Below, in pieces: positions 13,328 through 25,530 of a stretch of DNA of 64,000 nt. The position numbers were made by a program, and so were the translations under genes. This stretch comes from Amphiscolops sp. MND2022. Lineage: Eukaryota. The notes beneath the pieces were generated by a model. It did no database searches, had not been told where the DNA came from, and saw nothing but the letters and a program-made list of their open reading frames with translations. Location of the stretch: contig OZ076409.1 of assembly GCA_964187785.1 (NCBI GenBank), forward strand, positions 52,330,001 through 52,394,000. The letters run 5' to 3'. Within the stretch, counting starts at the first letter, position 1. Every line of letters begins with the position of its first letter.

Positions 13328-15295
13328 CCGAATTGGTACAAAACTTTTAGATACAAAGAAAGGTTTGTTCAATTATACGTAAAGCCAAGAAAAAATAAAA
13401 GTTTCAAAAAGTTTTGTCAAAGCAAAAGCGATATTAAGAGCAATTAAAACCCGTTAGTCTCAACAGCGAGAAGCAAACCAGCTTCCTAAACTAGGTGTGT
13501 TGAGAAAATCTTTCGCTACTGTGGAATTTTTTTCAACCAACCTTCAATCGAATCGTACTCAATAAGAAAATGGCTATCTTCTGAAATTTTAGGCGCCTAA
13601 AAGTTTGTTTACCCCGAATCGGGTCTCTTGAGCGGGGACTCAACGAGTCCGTTGACTTTTCCCCCTGATTGGGCTGTTGGTTTTATCTGTTCATTATATT
13701 GAAGTCATGTTGTTTTTCTTTCCAGTCGAGTTAACTTCCATTTTCTGAGCTAACAAATTTTAAAAAAGGCGTGAAAAATTGGATCTTTTCTGTTAATCCC
13801 CCACACAGGAAATTTTAATTCCCCAACTGTGTCAGCGATGAGTTTCAGTTTCAGTTAGAGTTATGAAAAACTGCAATTTGATTTGTTGTTACTATTACTG
13901 CAATGATAATTTCACTTAACCACTTAACTGGGGGGGTGGAGAGGTAATTACCAGAAAAGGTCCGAAAAATTTTCAGAAAAAGTTTAACTGAGAGCATACT
14001 ACACCCGTAAAAGTGAAATCATTTCTTCGCCATCCGCTTTGCTCGCGTAAAAAGAAACGCAGCTGAGAATCAATGGTTTCCTCCATAAGTATTATGGGCG
14101 GATAATAATTTTGATTTTCAATTTTTGTTGGCTTAAGCCTTACAATTCAAAAGTTTTGCTGCTGAAATTTGATTGAGCTGAAGGACATTCAGAACGCTGT
14201 CTTTTTTCATTTTATAGAGACTGCGTAGAGTGCTACTTCATATATAATCGAGTGTCTACTGAAGGCAGAAGTGTCCACTGATGCCTTGATTTCGGTCAGA
14301 AATGTATGCAAATATTCGCATCTAACAAGTTCCGTGAATTAGACTGAGCGGGATTACATTGCAAATGCCGGTATCCTGGAGTCGTCAATTTCCCTATACT
14401 CTGTATTTCTAATTTCTTTTATTAATTACTTGAGCTGTTTTGCCAAATCTGCTTTGTAATCCCCGTAATTCTTCTATTCAACGTGTGAAAACCCCCAGAC
14501 CCTTAAGGATAATTTCACATCTTTTTCATTCTTGTAGGTTCTATTCTCGTGCTGCATAAATCCACAAATAGCCGCAATTTTTCTCGCTTTTACCTTTTAT
14601 TTTTCCTCGTTTTCTTCTCAGTCTTTCTCAATTAGATTTTCCCAGGGCTGCTGTTTTCGCGGGATGAATTGTCAAGTTCAGGCCAGGTAGTGTATTTAGT
14701 GTATTTCCTATTGTCGCGCATAATACGCATTACGCGTGTAGCAGACATAAATCTAAAAATCAATTTTCCTGATATTTATTGTCTTTAACAGGATTAGCGT
14801 AGAACGTGTAGTCATAGCTCGTAGAAATAGACCTTGTTTCGCTTTGTGGTCAAAGCTAAAAATGCAAATAGAAGGATTCTCTTGAGAAAAAGGAAAAAGG
14901 AACAAAATGATGCAATCGCTATTGGGCAGATAGATCGCTAGATTATTTTGTAAACTATTAATCGCCATAAAAACGCTGCAAACTTTTCTTGAATCATTCT
15001 TCCGCCAGTGAAATATTTTTGTTTTCACAATTTTAGACTTTGGAAAAACAAACAGTTGTTTGTGAAAAGATCCAATCAACGAATGCTTCTTTTGACAACA
15101 AATACACCTCGGAATTTTTTTTCCAAAAGGTTAAATTGTAGCATTTATTTCTTGTTTTCCGCTGACTAACAGTTCCTTGTTGAAGGAGTTTAAGAAAATT
15201 GATCAGTTGGAGCTTTGAGTCATTTTGACTTGTTATGATAAACTTAACAGCTTTAAAGTGCCTTGAAATTACTTGTTCTGGGAATTAAAGGACCC

Positions 15296-15385
15296 TTACA
15301 CCAATTTACCTTAAATAGAAACCACTTAACGTTACCTTTTAAAAGGTAACGTTAAGTGGTTTCTATTTAAGGTAAATTGGTGTAA
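15296..15385. repeat. Perfect 90-bp palindrome with no spacer
   Basis: ttacaccaatttacc...acctttt|aaaaggt...ggtaaattggtgtaa, centre 15340/15341. Confidence 0.97.
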
Positions 15386-15519
15386 ATGATAAGCCAATTC
15401 TCAGAAGATTTGTATTATAATGAAAGAACTCTTTCATTGATTCGCTCCACAATTGTGGAGCGAATCAATGAAAGAGTTCTTTCATTATAATACAAATCTT
15501 CTGAGAATTGGCTTATCAT
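15386..15519. repeat. Perfect 134-bp palindrome directly abutting the previous one, with an internal mini-hairpin in each arm
   Basis: atgataagcc...ctccacaa|ttgtggag...ggcttatcat, centre 15452/15453. The arms contain aatgaaaga-ac-tctttcatt and its reverse complement. Confidence 0.97.
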
Positions 15520-16113
15520 CTGGGAACACTTATCGCATATGCCCGGCCGAACAAATTTCCCAATGGGTCGGGAAAATGGAAAAACTGATAGGCAATAGAC
15601 CTGATTTGAGCTCGCAACAATCCCCGAGGCATTGGGTCAGATAATGAGGTCTATTGTTTATGTGGGAAGAAACGGCCCCTGTAACAGCCCCGGTAGATGC
15701 CTATGTAGCTACCTGAGTGGAAAGCAACAATGTGACAATCTAAACAAAGGACCCATTGATTAAATCTCCCTCTAGATACCTGCCACGCAATACGGGTCTA
15801 ATCACACCGGGCAGCAACTCGCAAGGGCATTCTCTGATTCATATTTGCCCAACACTGTTACTAACTACAATTAAAGCACCCAACAAAATTTGGCCGCCAT
15901 ACTTGATTGAAGACTTCATAAAACACAGCAAACCATACTTACTTTTATTCTTCAAGTTCGAAAGATTGAACCGGTACTATATGAAACCCTGAAATGATTC
16001 AAACCTGTTATCTTCAGTTGCTTAGTTCCCAAAACCCAATACATTAGTTCACTAAGCCTTCAGTCATCATGATCGCTTTCAGTTCAGTGAACAGATATCC
16101 GAAGTTCAACAAA

Positions 16114-17010
16114 ATGATTTATATTTTCTTTCTTACCGTTTCACTTCTATACAGATCTACTATTGGGTTACGTTTAAACGAGTTCTCAGAAAACTTTGTA
16201 GAAGTAGTTTGGTCGCCACATCATACACATCTTAGCTTTTTACATTGTTACTTCGACCCCATTGATCACACGTACGAGCACAGCTACACTAAAGATTTGC
16301 CAGAAAACTGTTCTGGGAACAACAGTAAATTTTGTTTTTCAGTTTATTACGAGCTTGACTGGTGTTTTGGAATCACCAAATGTTCTTTTTTTGTTGTCTG
16401 GCAAACGGCCCGGGATCTTTACAGTCAGAAACAGTTATGTGAAATTTTGACTGAAGATTCTTCCAGTATTCCTAATTCTTATGAGATCACTTTACCTCGT
16501 TCTGTCGATTCGTTGGGTGAAAGAAACATAGGTTTCTCATTTTGCGGAACTGAATGGATTAAAACTACGTTAACTCCGGGAAAACCCAATAACTGTTCTG
16601 ACTTAGGTTGGGCTCATATCATTTCAATGAACTTCACTCCTCTAAACCTCAAAGAAACTTTTGTCGAATTTACTGTTCTACTTTGCTCCAATTTTTCCAC
16701 AGAGCTCCAACCTAGTATTAAACAAAATGAGCAACAATTACTTCTTAGAATGGATAATGTTGATTTTTTCAACAAAAATGGATCCAAGTTTGCCAATGTT
16801 AGTGCCATTTTTGACTCCTTTCTTCTCAACGAAGGAGTGAGACGAGCCGTTTACAACACTTTTCTCCTTGACTCGGACTCGAATCCAATTCAATTTTCGG
16901 TTCTGGTGCAGATGGCGAACATTGAAATTGTGGTCGACAGTGTTGAAATTCTAGCTTCCGCCTTCAACGGAACTGCTTACGAGTCTAGCAAAACGAACTG
17001 TGGAAGAAAA
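16114..17010 (+). CDS. Exon 1 of a host gene: signal-peptide protein with tandem LTD-like repeats
   Basis: AAAATG start and hydrophobic leader MIYIFFLTVSLLYRSTIG. Motifs LRLNEFSENFVEV and C..W..TLTPGKPNNC, with many N-x-S/T sites. Donor AAA|GTATGT in phase 0. An upstream in-frame ATG at 16069 is an alternative start. Confidence 0.8.
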
Positions 17011-17487
17011 GTATGTAGTATTGATGTTTTTGCATTGCAGAGGTACCATTATTTGAAAAGTCAGTTTGTTTCGAACAAGTTGTTGTGCATCACAATCAAG
17101 TCGTTAATAATGTTTCAAACAACTCAAATAACACTCAGAGGACAAAATTTTTGGAAGATAGTCCCCCGCGAGCAGTAAATTGATTGTATACACTATAGGC
17201 TTCTCATATATAAATCTAGAGTTCCTTTCAACTTAAAGTTTTTAGAAAGATCTGTGGAATCTAGAAGAAATATGGTAGAAAATAACAGAAACAGTATTTA
17301 TGGAGAATAGCTAAACAAACTACAACTAAAACTCCGGAATTGATTGACCTATTTAGACTAAAAGTCTCCAGGAAGGACCTCGATACATTCTTTGAGCACA
17401 AAAAGCGTTTAAAATGACTGAAAATTCAGTTGAAAAGAAGTAGTTGCTGACGAAATTAGAGATTTCGAACACCTTTTAATCAACATG

Positions 17488-17770
17488 TAGAAACTAAACT
17501 TATTATCTTCCAATGCCATTTTGATTTGCTTTCCACATGGGAAAGGAAATCAATTTTTCACCCCTGTTTTAAGATGACGAAGAAGCGAGGATCGTAGCAT
17601 ATGTATTTGTAGAAAAAAAAATTATTTACTAAATGAATTTTTTTTCTACAAATACATATGCTACGATCCTCGCTTCTTCGTCATCTTAAAACAGGGGTGA
17701 AAAATTGATTTCCTTTCCCATGTGGAAAGCAAATCAAAATGGCATTGGAAGATAATAAGTTTAGTTTCTA
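17488..17770. repeat. ~283-bp near-perfect hairpin (arms ~135 bp, ~12-nt loop) in intron 1
   Basis: tagaaactaaac...tgtagaaaaaaaaatt / aattttttttctaca...gtttagtttcta; the only difference seen is one homopolymer length. Confidence 0.95.
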
Positions 17771-17777
17771 GTATCAT

Positions 17778-18324
17778 AACAAGCCTATATCTAAGGCTCA
17801 AAAAGCGCAAGGTTTTCAAAATTGTAAAAGGGGGACCCTTGGGCTTTCTGAAACGCCAGTTTGTTGCAAATTATGAAAAAAATTGAAGGGGGGACCCTTT
17901 GGAGACTTTGAAAAAAAATTTGAGAAAAATGAAAAAAAATGAGATTTTTGAACAGTGTCACAGTGCCGAAAAATGTGAAAGGGGAGACCCTTTGGGATTT
18001 TTTTACATCTATTCTGTCGTAAATTATCGAAACAAATGAAGGGGGACCCTTTGGTGCAATCCAAAAGTTTTCAAAAAAAAGTCTCATAGTGCCAAAAAAA
18101 TCTAAGTGAAAAACACCAATATAGCCAAAGGAGGGATCCTTAGTATGTTTTCGAGGCTCTGGACGTCGATTTTGTTTCTTTTTATTTTGGCGAGGTTCTG
18201 AGATTTCTTGTGTTTTGAACCTCCGTAGTTCAAGTTGTTGAACACATGAACAAAAAAGTGGGCCTTACGCGTCTCTACACACTGTAAGAGTCGGGCACTT
18301 TTCTTCAAAAGCGCCGACTAAAAA
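17778..18324 (-). mobile_element. HINE/DINE-1-like element, family A
   Basis: Starts AACAAGCC (reverse of the 3' CTTGTT end; the subTIR and hairpin are deleted) and ends agtcgggc...gcgccgactaaaa. It is an inverted homolog of 21135-21712. Confidence 0.8.
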
Positions 18325-19086
18325 GATATATAGTTTCGAAGAAACTGTCTAAAATGAAAATGTCAAAAATGAATTCGAAAAGAGCAAAAAACTAAAAGGG
18401 CGTAAAATTAGAAAATCATCAATTAGCGTAGAAGGGGGACGCTAATTAAGAAGCGTCTTTAAGAACATAAGCCGAGGTTTAGAACAACAAGATACGTTTT
18501 GGCCAAGTTTCATATTTTATACACGAAATACTTGTTGACTTGACAAACGGATTATATCACTATATGAGAACGTTGTTCCTACAGTTCGATTTGGAATCAA
18601 AACTATAGACCTGTGCAGAATTCGTTCCCACGGTTTTTTGCTTCCTAAAAGCCATGGAGTTTTACATCAGAGGCAATTCAGTACAACTTATAAACGTGCT
18701 AAAGGAAAGTGGCCTTCACTAGAGGGACAGCTGGAGAAAAACGTCTTAAAATGCCTACTGGAAAGACATACTGGAAAAATATCTGTACAAATAACAGATT
18801 GAACCTATATCTAAAACAACTCATTGAGTCCAAAAAAATGATTTGACTCTTCGAGCAGTATATGTTCTGTCATCTTTGTTCTTGACTAGAATATTCCCTC
18901 ACATTTTCTCCGTGTTTTCATGTTAGATATATTGAAGTCCGATGAATGAGCTGATACTTGTATGAAGCGCTGTTGCTTATTTGGCAAAATTTGTATTTAC
19001 TAAGTCGACGATAATTTTGAACACCTAGATAATGAGTAAACGAGTTACGTCAGAAATATAATTGTACGAATCGGCTAAGTCACAAT

Positions 19087-20086
19087 TGATGTCTTAGAGC
19101 AAATTTTACTTATGAGCAAGTCCCACTTATGAGCTAAGATATTCTAAGACTCGTTGCCGAAAAAAAAACAAAAATGGTCACTCTTCAAACCCCCCCTCCA
19201 ACGGTCTTTCTCAAAAACTATTAATCGTAGAGACCTGAAATCTGGCACACGTATACCTGAGCTGCTATGCTACCTAAAAAACAGAACAGTGTCGAGACCC
19301 CCCAGTTCCGGGCTATTAGCACCGGAAGGTGCGTAGGTCGACCCCCCTATGAACTCGTCGGCGAAGCACGGACTGAGTCATTTTACATATGGAATTGATA
19401 GTCCATAGGATATTGAGCCGTTTGCGCATATTTTCGGAGCCCTATTGCACGCGTAGGGGTAACACGGACCCTACGTAAATAAGCCACGATGGCTATGTAA
19501 ATAGCCAACGGAAGACCTGATGATCATGAAACTTTCTTAAGATGTTCACCTAGCCACCCTAAGTGATATACATGGAAGATACATTAATCGGACCACCACG
19601 CGCGGAGTAATGCTTGCTTAAGACACGCGGGACTGGACGCTCGGGCCCGACTGATAGATGACCTTGGCTTGTAATATCTCAAACGAACCGGAATGACGAA
19701 TATAGTCGATTGCTATTGTAAATGGAACTGTATTTGTAACCCATGCGGGGGTAACCTCCTTAAGTAAACAAAAGATACGCATATCATGTAACTCAGGAAC
19801 CGTTGACCTTAGGACAATATAACTTCGCTTGTGGCGACCTTAGATGAGAACGAATAACTTCAAGGTCACAGAAGGACCTCAAGGTCATTCTAGATACAAC
19901 CCCTGAATACAAAGAACAACTTACGATAAAACATGTAAATCAGCGACGTTTGCGTGATAATTTATTCATTTCAGTCAGGCGTGACGATTCGCGCTGCATC
20001 GCACCTAGGACGATAGAGAAGTACCCTTTACGTGTAATGATCATATAAGCCCTATAATTGAAGGTCACTGAATTTTTGTCTCGACA
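19087..20086. mobile_element. Probable additional non-autonomous DNA/rolling-circle element; boundaries uncertain
   Basis: GC-richer island with an initial hairpin (gtcttaga...tctaagac), a cgtagagacctgaaatctggcacac motif, gacctt/aaggtca motifs and an inverted pair tgtcgagac (19290) / gtctcgaca (20078). No TSD found. Confidence 0.35.
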
Positions 20087-21134
20087 TTAAAATTATCTTG
20101 GGTGTCTTGAAATATTTTTGAAAGGTGAACTTTGTACAACTGTTGTTGAATTATTTATCATTGGCGGCAAAGAATGTTTGGTCGAAGTATAATTAGAAGC
20201 GATCGCTATACCATGAAAAGAATAGACAACCAAGAAGGTAAAAGCATGCAAACTTAAGGCGCCGACGCCCAATAAAGTAAACGACCCAAAGCACCTGCGA
20301 TGAATAAACACAATTGAGGCGGATACTTGATTATACACAACCGAGTTAAGAGAGCTAGAATTCAGTTGAGCCTCGGGACGGGACGGGGCCAACAGGTTCG
20401 AACTAGCTGGAGCAACTGGTCGTCGTTAACTCCGGGAGTCAGTGACAGAAGTTGTACAAGTACGCGACTTGACGATTGCTTGATTAAGTTGGCTGGATCG
20501 TAAAATATTTTCGCTGAATAATTGATTGGAAGATTGTTATGCTTCATTGTGTTCTGTGATTTTATATTAACTCAATTATCCAAACGCACCGTCTTATTGC
20601 GAATATAGAGCCGATAGAACAATTTGGAAAGAAACTAGTGTCAAGTGAGCAAAAACTCACCATTTTAAAAAACTTCTTCTGATAGAGTTGGATCCTTGGG
20701 AAATCTCTGCAGATTTCGCTGTCTAAAATGTCTACAGATAGATGAGTTGAAACAAATGCGCAAACGAAAAGCGACTCAAAAAGCACCGATAAGACGAAAT
20801 GCCAATTGTTCTAGACTTCGACATTCGCATTTCAGTACAGTTTTTGGAAGTTTCCTTGGGCATGAATATTCACAGAAATGAAGAACTTGCAGATATTTAC
20901 CGATTTGAGTAATCTTGAGAAAAGTTTTGTCACGAAGCATACTTTTTGAGCATACCTAACTTTTCAATTAAAGGAATTGGACGATTTCTGTGAAGACCCG
21001 ACAAAACTCAGAATTGAGATTTTTCCAAATTCGACTTTTTCAAGCCCTTTTGGTATGTGTTAGTTGACATGAAAATATGAAAATTAAAATGGATCAATGA
21101 GGAGTGTCTTGGCAGCTGTTTTCAGTCAGTTGTA

Positions 21135-21712
21135 TTTTAGTAGAACATGAGCCCGAATCTTACAGTGGGTAGTTTTTTTAGACTCGTAAGGTCCATTTTT
21201 TGTTAATTTGTTCAACTTGAACTATATGACCAAAACTTGATACTTGAAATCCAAAACATACTGGAAATGTCAGAACCTCGTCTGAAACAAAAAAACAAAA
21301 CCGACTTCCACAACTTCGAGACCATACTAAGGGTCCACCATATCATCTTGGTGTTTTTAAAGTGGATTTTTTTCGGAACTATGAGACGTTTTTCCGAAAA
21401 GTTTGTTATTTCACCAAAGAGTCGTCCCCCCTTCAATTTTTTTGATAATCTGCCACAGAATGGATGTTCAAAAATTAAAAGATCCCAAAGAGTCACCCCT
21501 TTGCTTTTTTCGACACTGTGACGTTGTTCAAAAATCTCACTTCCTAAAACTTTTTCATTGCCCCTTCAATTTTTTTCATATTTGAAGCATATTTTTTCAT
21601 GCAACAAACAGGAGTTTCAACGAGCTCAAAGGGTCCCCCTTTTACAATTTTGAAAATTTTGCGCTATTTGAGCCTTAGATATAGCGCCGACTTTGGCCGT
21701 TCCCGGCTTGTT
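21135..21712 (+). mobile_element. HINE/DINE-1-like element, family A
   Basis: 3' end gcgccgact-ttg-GCCGttccCGGC-ttgtt (subTIR, stem-loop, TTGTT); the 5' end is degenerate. Confidence 0.8.
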
Positions 21713-21756
21713 AGTTGGTGCTTTTAGAATAAAAGCCCAACTATTACAATCACTCG

Positions 21757-22791
21757 TTTTTTAATCGGCGCTTTTCGTAGAAAAACGCAGACTATAGTAG
21801 TGACTTTTCTTTTTTAGTCGGCGCTTTTCGAAGAAAATTGCAGACTATAGTAGTGACTTCTTTTTTTAAGACCAACGAACTGACAGATTTTATAAATTTT
21901 ATAAGTTGGCACTAACACTAAACCGGCACTAACACTAAACCGTGTCACACTACTTCACTGCCACTTGGCCACTACGGCTTTTTCGAGGTCTGACAAGCAG
22001 GACATGGGTTCGAGCCCCGCCATGACCAAAAATTTTTTGTGCAATTTTTTTTCGGCTTTGTGAGACTTTCGCAAATATCTCCAAAGGGTCCACCCTTCAT
22101 TTTTTTGTCTATTTTGCAAAAAAAATGGATGTTAAAAAACTCCCAAAGGGCCCCATTTGACATGTTTCGGCACTATGCGACTTACGGGTGACCAAAAAAA
22201 TTGTTGAAAAATTTCAAAAAAAATCGGAATTTTTTTTCAATTTTTCCTCAAACGGGTACTGTAGAAGAGAAAACTTGACACTTTGAAGTCCTTTTGTTAT
22301 TTTTGAGCCTTAGATATGGCGCCGACTTGGGCCGTTCCCGGCTTGTTTTCTTTTTTTTCAGACAAAAGAAGTGACATATTTTATAAGCTTTATAAGCTGG
22401 CTTCCACTAACTGCCACTCTAATGAATCTTCTTCTGCTTCTGACTTTTTGAGGTTTGCTAAGCAGAAGGACGTGGGTTCGAGTCCCGCCCTTGACCCAAA
22501 TATTTTTTGTGCAGGTTATTTTGGCTTTGGGAGACTTTTTTCTCGCAAATTTTTTAAATGTCTTCAAAGGATCCCTTCATTTTTTTCTATTTTGCAGAAA
22601 AATAGATGTTCAAAAACTCTCATTGGGCCCCCTTTTACATTTTTGGGCACTATGCGACTTAACAGCGACAAAAAAATTCGAAATTTTCTCCTCATGCGGG
22701 TACTCTAGAAAAGAATACTTGAAACTTTGAGGTCCTTTAGCTATTTTTGAGCCTCAGATATGGCGCCGACTTGGGCTGTTCCCGGCTTGTT
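21757..22791 (+). mobile_element. HINE family A head-to-tail dimer with a duplicated 5' terminus; each monomer holds a tRNA-like 3' half
   Basis: The 5' subTIR+IR ttttagtcggcgcttttcgaagaaaattgcagactatag occurs twice. 3' ends ggcgccgacttgggc(c/t)gttcccggcttgtt at 22347 and 22791. GGTTCGAGnCCC motifs at ~22007 and ~22475. Confidence 0.85.
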
Positions 22792-22829
22792 TTTTAAAGA
22801 AAGTTGTTAGAAAGTTGTTTCAGTAAGAC

Positions 22830-23382
22830 AGGTGCGAATGCGACGAAATTCTATTTTTTTGTTCAGTTTGTTCAGCTAAACGAATACCTCGGAAACGCAT
22901 TTAAGTTAGTGCAAAGGGTCCCCTTTCGTTTTTGTTTCTTTTTTAAACTTAACATACAAACCGGACGAGACTAATGGGTCCTCTTTTTGATTTGTTTTCG
23001 GCACTAATAGGCTTTTTCGAAAATTTTCAAACATCTCCAAATGGTCCCCTTCAATTTTTTTTTTGGAAATTTTGCAACAAAATGTGACATCAAAAATCGC
23101 AAATGGGGCTCACGTTTACAGTTTTCCGCACTATCCCAATTTTTGAGGTTATATCACAAGTAAATAACGTTTTCCTGAGAAAGAGGCTGAGGTTCGGAAA
23201 AAGCGCTCCAATGTGGCACAGCACGCTATATGCGAACTTTCGAAACACGAAAGGCACCCACTCTTTGGGCGTTTCGACACTTTCATGTGAGTTTTTCATA
23301 GAAAAAGTCCTTAGCATAGTTTTAAAACCTTGTGCTTTCTGAGGCTTAAGTGGGGCGCCAACCTGAGGCGTTCCCGTATGTT
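22830..23382 (+). mobile_element. Diverged HINE family A-related copy
   Basis: Shares core motifs with 7397-7822 (tagtgcaaagggtcccc, accggacgagactaa); degenerate 3' end gggcgccaacctgaggcgttcccgtatgtt. Confidence 0.65.
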
Positions 23383-24960
23383 TCATGACTTATTCTGAGG
23401 TTTTGACTTGGATAATCACTAAAATGCTCTAATATTCCAATGAATGATGGGTATGATTAGCTACGGGGTTTAACAACAAAACAAATAGCTCCTTAGCATA
23501 CTTTTGTATACAGAACGATGAAGAGTTGGTTCAAAAAAAGTGAATTGTATCAAAACAGTTTTGGGCTTTCAATCTTCTGCAAGTTCCGTGGTTTATTGGC
23601 TACGCTCGAGCCTGCAAAATATACTCACCGAGAAAAGTTCTATCCCGAATAAATTTTAGTTGAAAAAGACAGCTGTGTGAAAAACCATTGAGAAAGGAAA
23701 ATTTAGTTAAGAAACAATTGAGCGTCAGAAATGAAAACTGTATGTGAAGTTTTCAGCTGTAGAAAGAATTGATTACCACTTTCAGACTGCAATACTACTG
23801 TAATGCAAATAAAAACGTTTCACAGCAATTGAAATTCATGCTTTTTGCAGTTCTTTTAGAAAATCATAGCATTGGTGGCATTTTTCGAAATGTTTTTAAG
23901 ATCCCTCGTCAGTTTTAGCGTTTTCAAAAACCTTTAGGTAACAAAGTTCTCAACACAGTAATGTTTCGCAGCTCTCTCGACAAACAAGTAAAATTACCAA
24001 CATGACCTATCTTTAAACACGGGACCAAGGAAAAAATTCAGTTTTTCCTATTTTTTTTTCGAAATGATTTTGCGAGAAATTCGCTGAAATAAAACTTGTA
24101 GATTAGATTCACAGCTACCGGAATAGCATTGCAAAACTGACAATCGCCTTCTTTGTCCATCACCTTCATCAAATAATCGAAATTTTGTCGAAAATGGTCA
24201 AATACGAAATTTCCATAACTTCACGAATTCCAAAGAGAAAAAAATTTCGAAACATTTTTGAGAGCGTATATGATATGTAGGCACTGTATGTATAAGCAAC
24301 ATTTCCAATTTTTTTGTGAAACTTTTGGAATAGATTGAATTTATTCAGTCAGGGACAGAACTTTTGTCGGAAAGTGTATGTTGAAGGTAAAATAGTTCAG
24401 AACGGAGATGATCCCTGTGCTCAGCGGGCGTCTTGTTAATTATCGATTTGTTTTTAACAATTTTTCTTTGGTCCCTGTTGATTTGAAATTCTATTTTTGT
24501 GTCCAATTTTTGTTGAAGACAAAACACGTATTGACCACATAGCTAGTTGATTAGTTTGTGGTATTCAAGATCAGCAGGAGCCAGATTTGATGAGCATTGA
24601 CACTCAACAGGAAGCACAAAAGTGGACAAATGCTTTATGAATACACAATGAAATTTGATTCCATTTTGATACTTAGCATGGAATTTGATGGCAGTTGTTT
24701 GCGAGAAAACTATACAAAACTGAGTAATTTTTGTTTTGTGCGACTGGCAAAGAACGTAGGTTTCACATTGAGTCATCAAATTCTTCTTTTGTCAATAAAT
24801 AAGTTCTAACACAAAGTTTCACGCGATGCTAGACGATTTGGACTTTTAATTTCGACATCCGGAAAGGACTATCTTTTGGGCAATCAACTAAAGTAGATGC
24901 GTTCAGCGTTGTTTCATTTTCTTCGGTCGTGCATAATAGGTTTGAGACTGGTTGTTTTGA

Positions 24961-25530
24961 TATTTTCCGCCTTCACAAGTTCATTTGTGTAGAGAGAGGA
25001 AAATCACCATCTGTGTTGCGTTTGTTCCCAAATTCTGCAAAAAATCCACATAGTGATATAATCCATTCAATCTAGTCTCGGTAGCCCAGTTGATAGGAAC
25101 CTGAATTTTTTCTGCTTTCCCAGGCAGTACATCGTCTTGGCCATACTTTGTTTGCAATACGGTTGTGGCGAAAGATATCGAGGAGCTTAGCGGGCGTCTT
25201 GTTATTTTCCGACCCCACAATTTAAAATTGGGGAGGAAAATTATGATCTGTGACGCGTTTTTTTTCCAAATTTTGCCAAATCTCCACAATCTCCACCTTT
25301 TGATTACTTGACTATTTTATAAAGCTATTAGTAACTAAAATAGTCAAGTAACTAAAATAGCATACAGCGGGAATAATATCTACAGTCGAAAAAGGGAAAA
25401 AGATCTAAAGGGAATAAGATCTAAAATCACGAATTCTTTAGATCCTATTCCCCCTCCCAAAATAGCTATTGCTCAGTTGGTGAAGGCGAACAGGTCGGAA
25501 AATATCCCGGTGCTTAGCGGGCGTCTTGTT
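24961..25530 (+). mobile_element. HINE-like family B, two tandem copies (24961-25203 and 25203-25530); further fragments end at 24437 and start near 25828
   Basis: 5' hairpin tattttccg(c/a)c...gaggaaaat. The 3' end is gtcggaaaatat-CCCGgtgcttagCGGG-cgtcttgtt (subTIR, stem-loop, CTTGTT). Confidence 0.72.

Larger units (their letters stand above)
8415..14056. repeat. Recent head-to-tail tandem duplication, unit 2,821 bp (8415-11235 and 11236-14056)
   Basis: Constant 2,821 offset with only a handful of substitutions. The junction aagaa|gcgagtattttcg at 11235/11236 has 1-bp microhomology. Confidence 0.97.

Noticed and set aside
14057..15290. Divergent minus-strand gene upstream of exon 1
   Set aside because: I could not support a convincing ORF or a phase-consistent exon chain.
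16069..17178. Single-exon 369-aa gene
   Set aside because: A GTATGT donor at 17011 joins in phase to 26726 and completes the N.C...VLINE repeat; the rest of the ORF is probably intron read-through.
19290..20086. Solo LTR with TGTCGAGAC...GTCTCGACA ends
   Set aside because: The flanks (aacag / ttaaa) give no TSD, and repeat-like sequence continues to the left.
17791..23386. Short F/K-rich ORFs (KGPP motifs)
   Set aside because: Translations of non-coding HINE core repeats.
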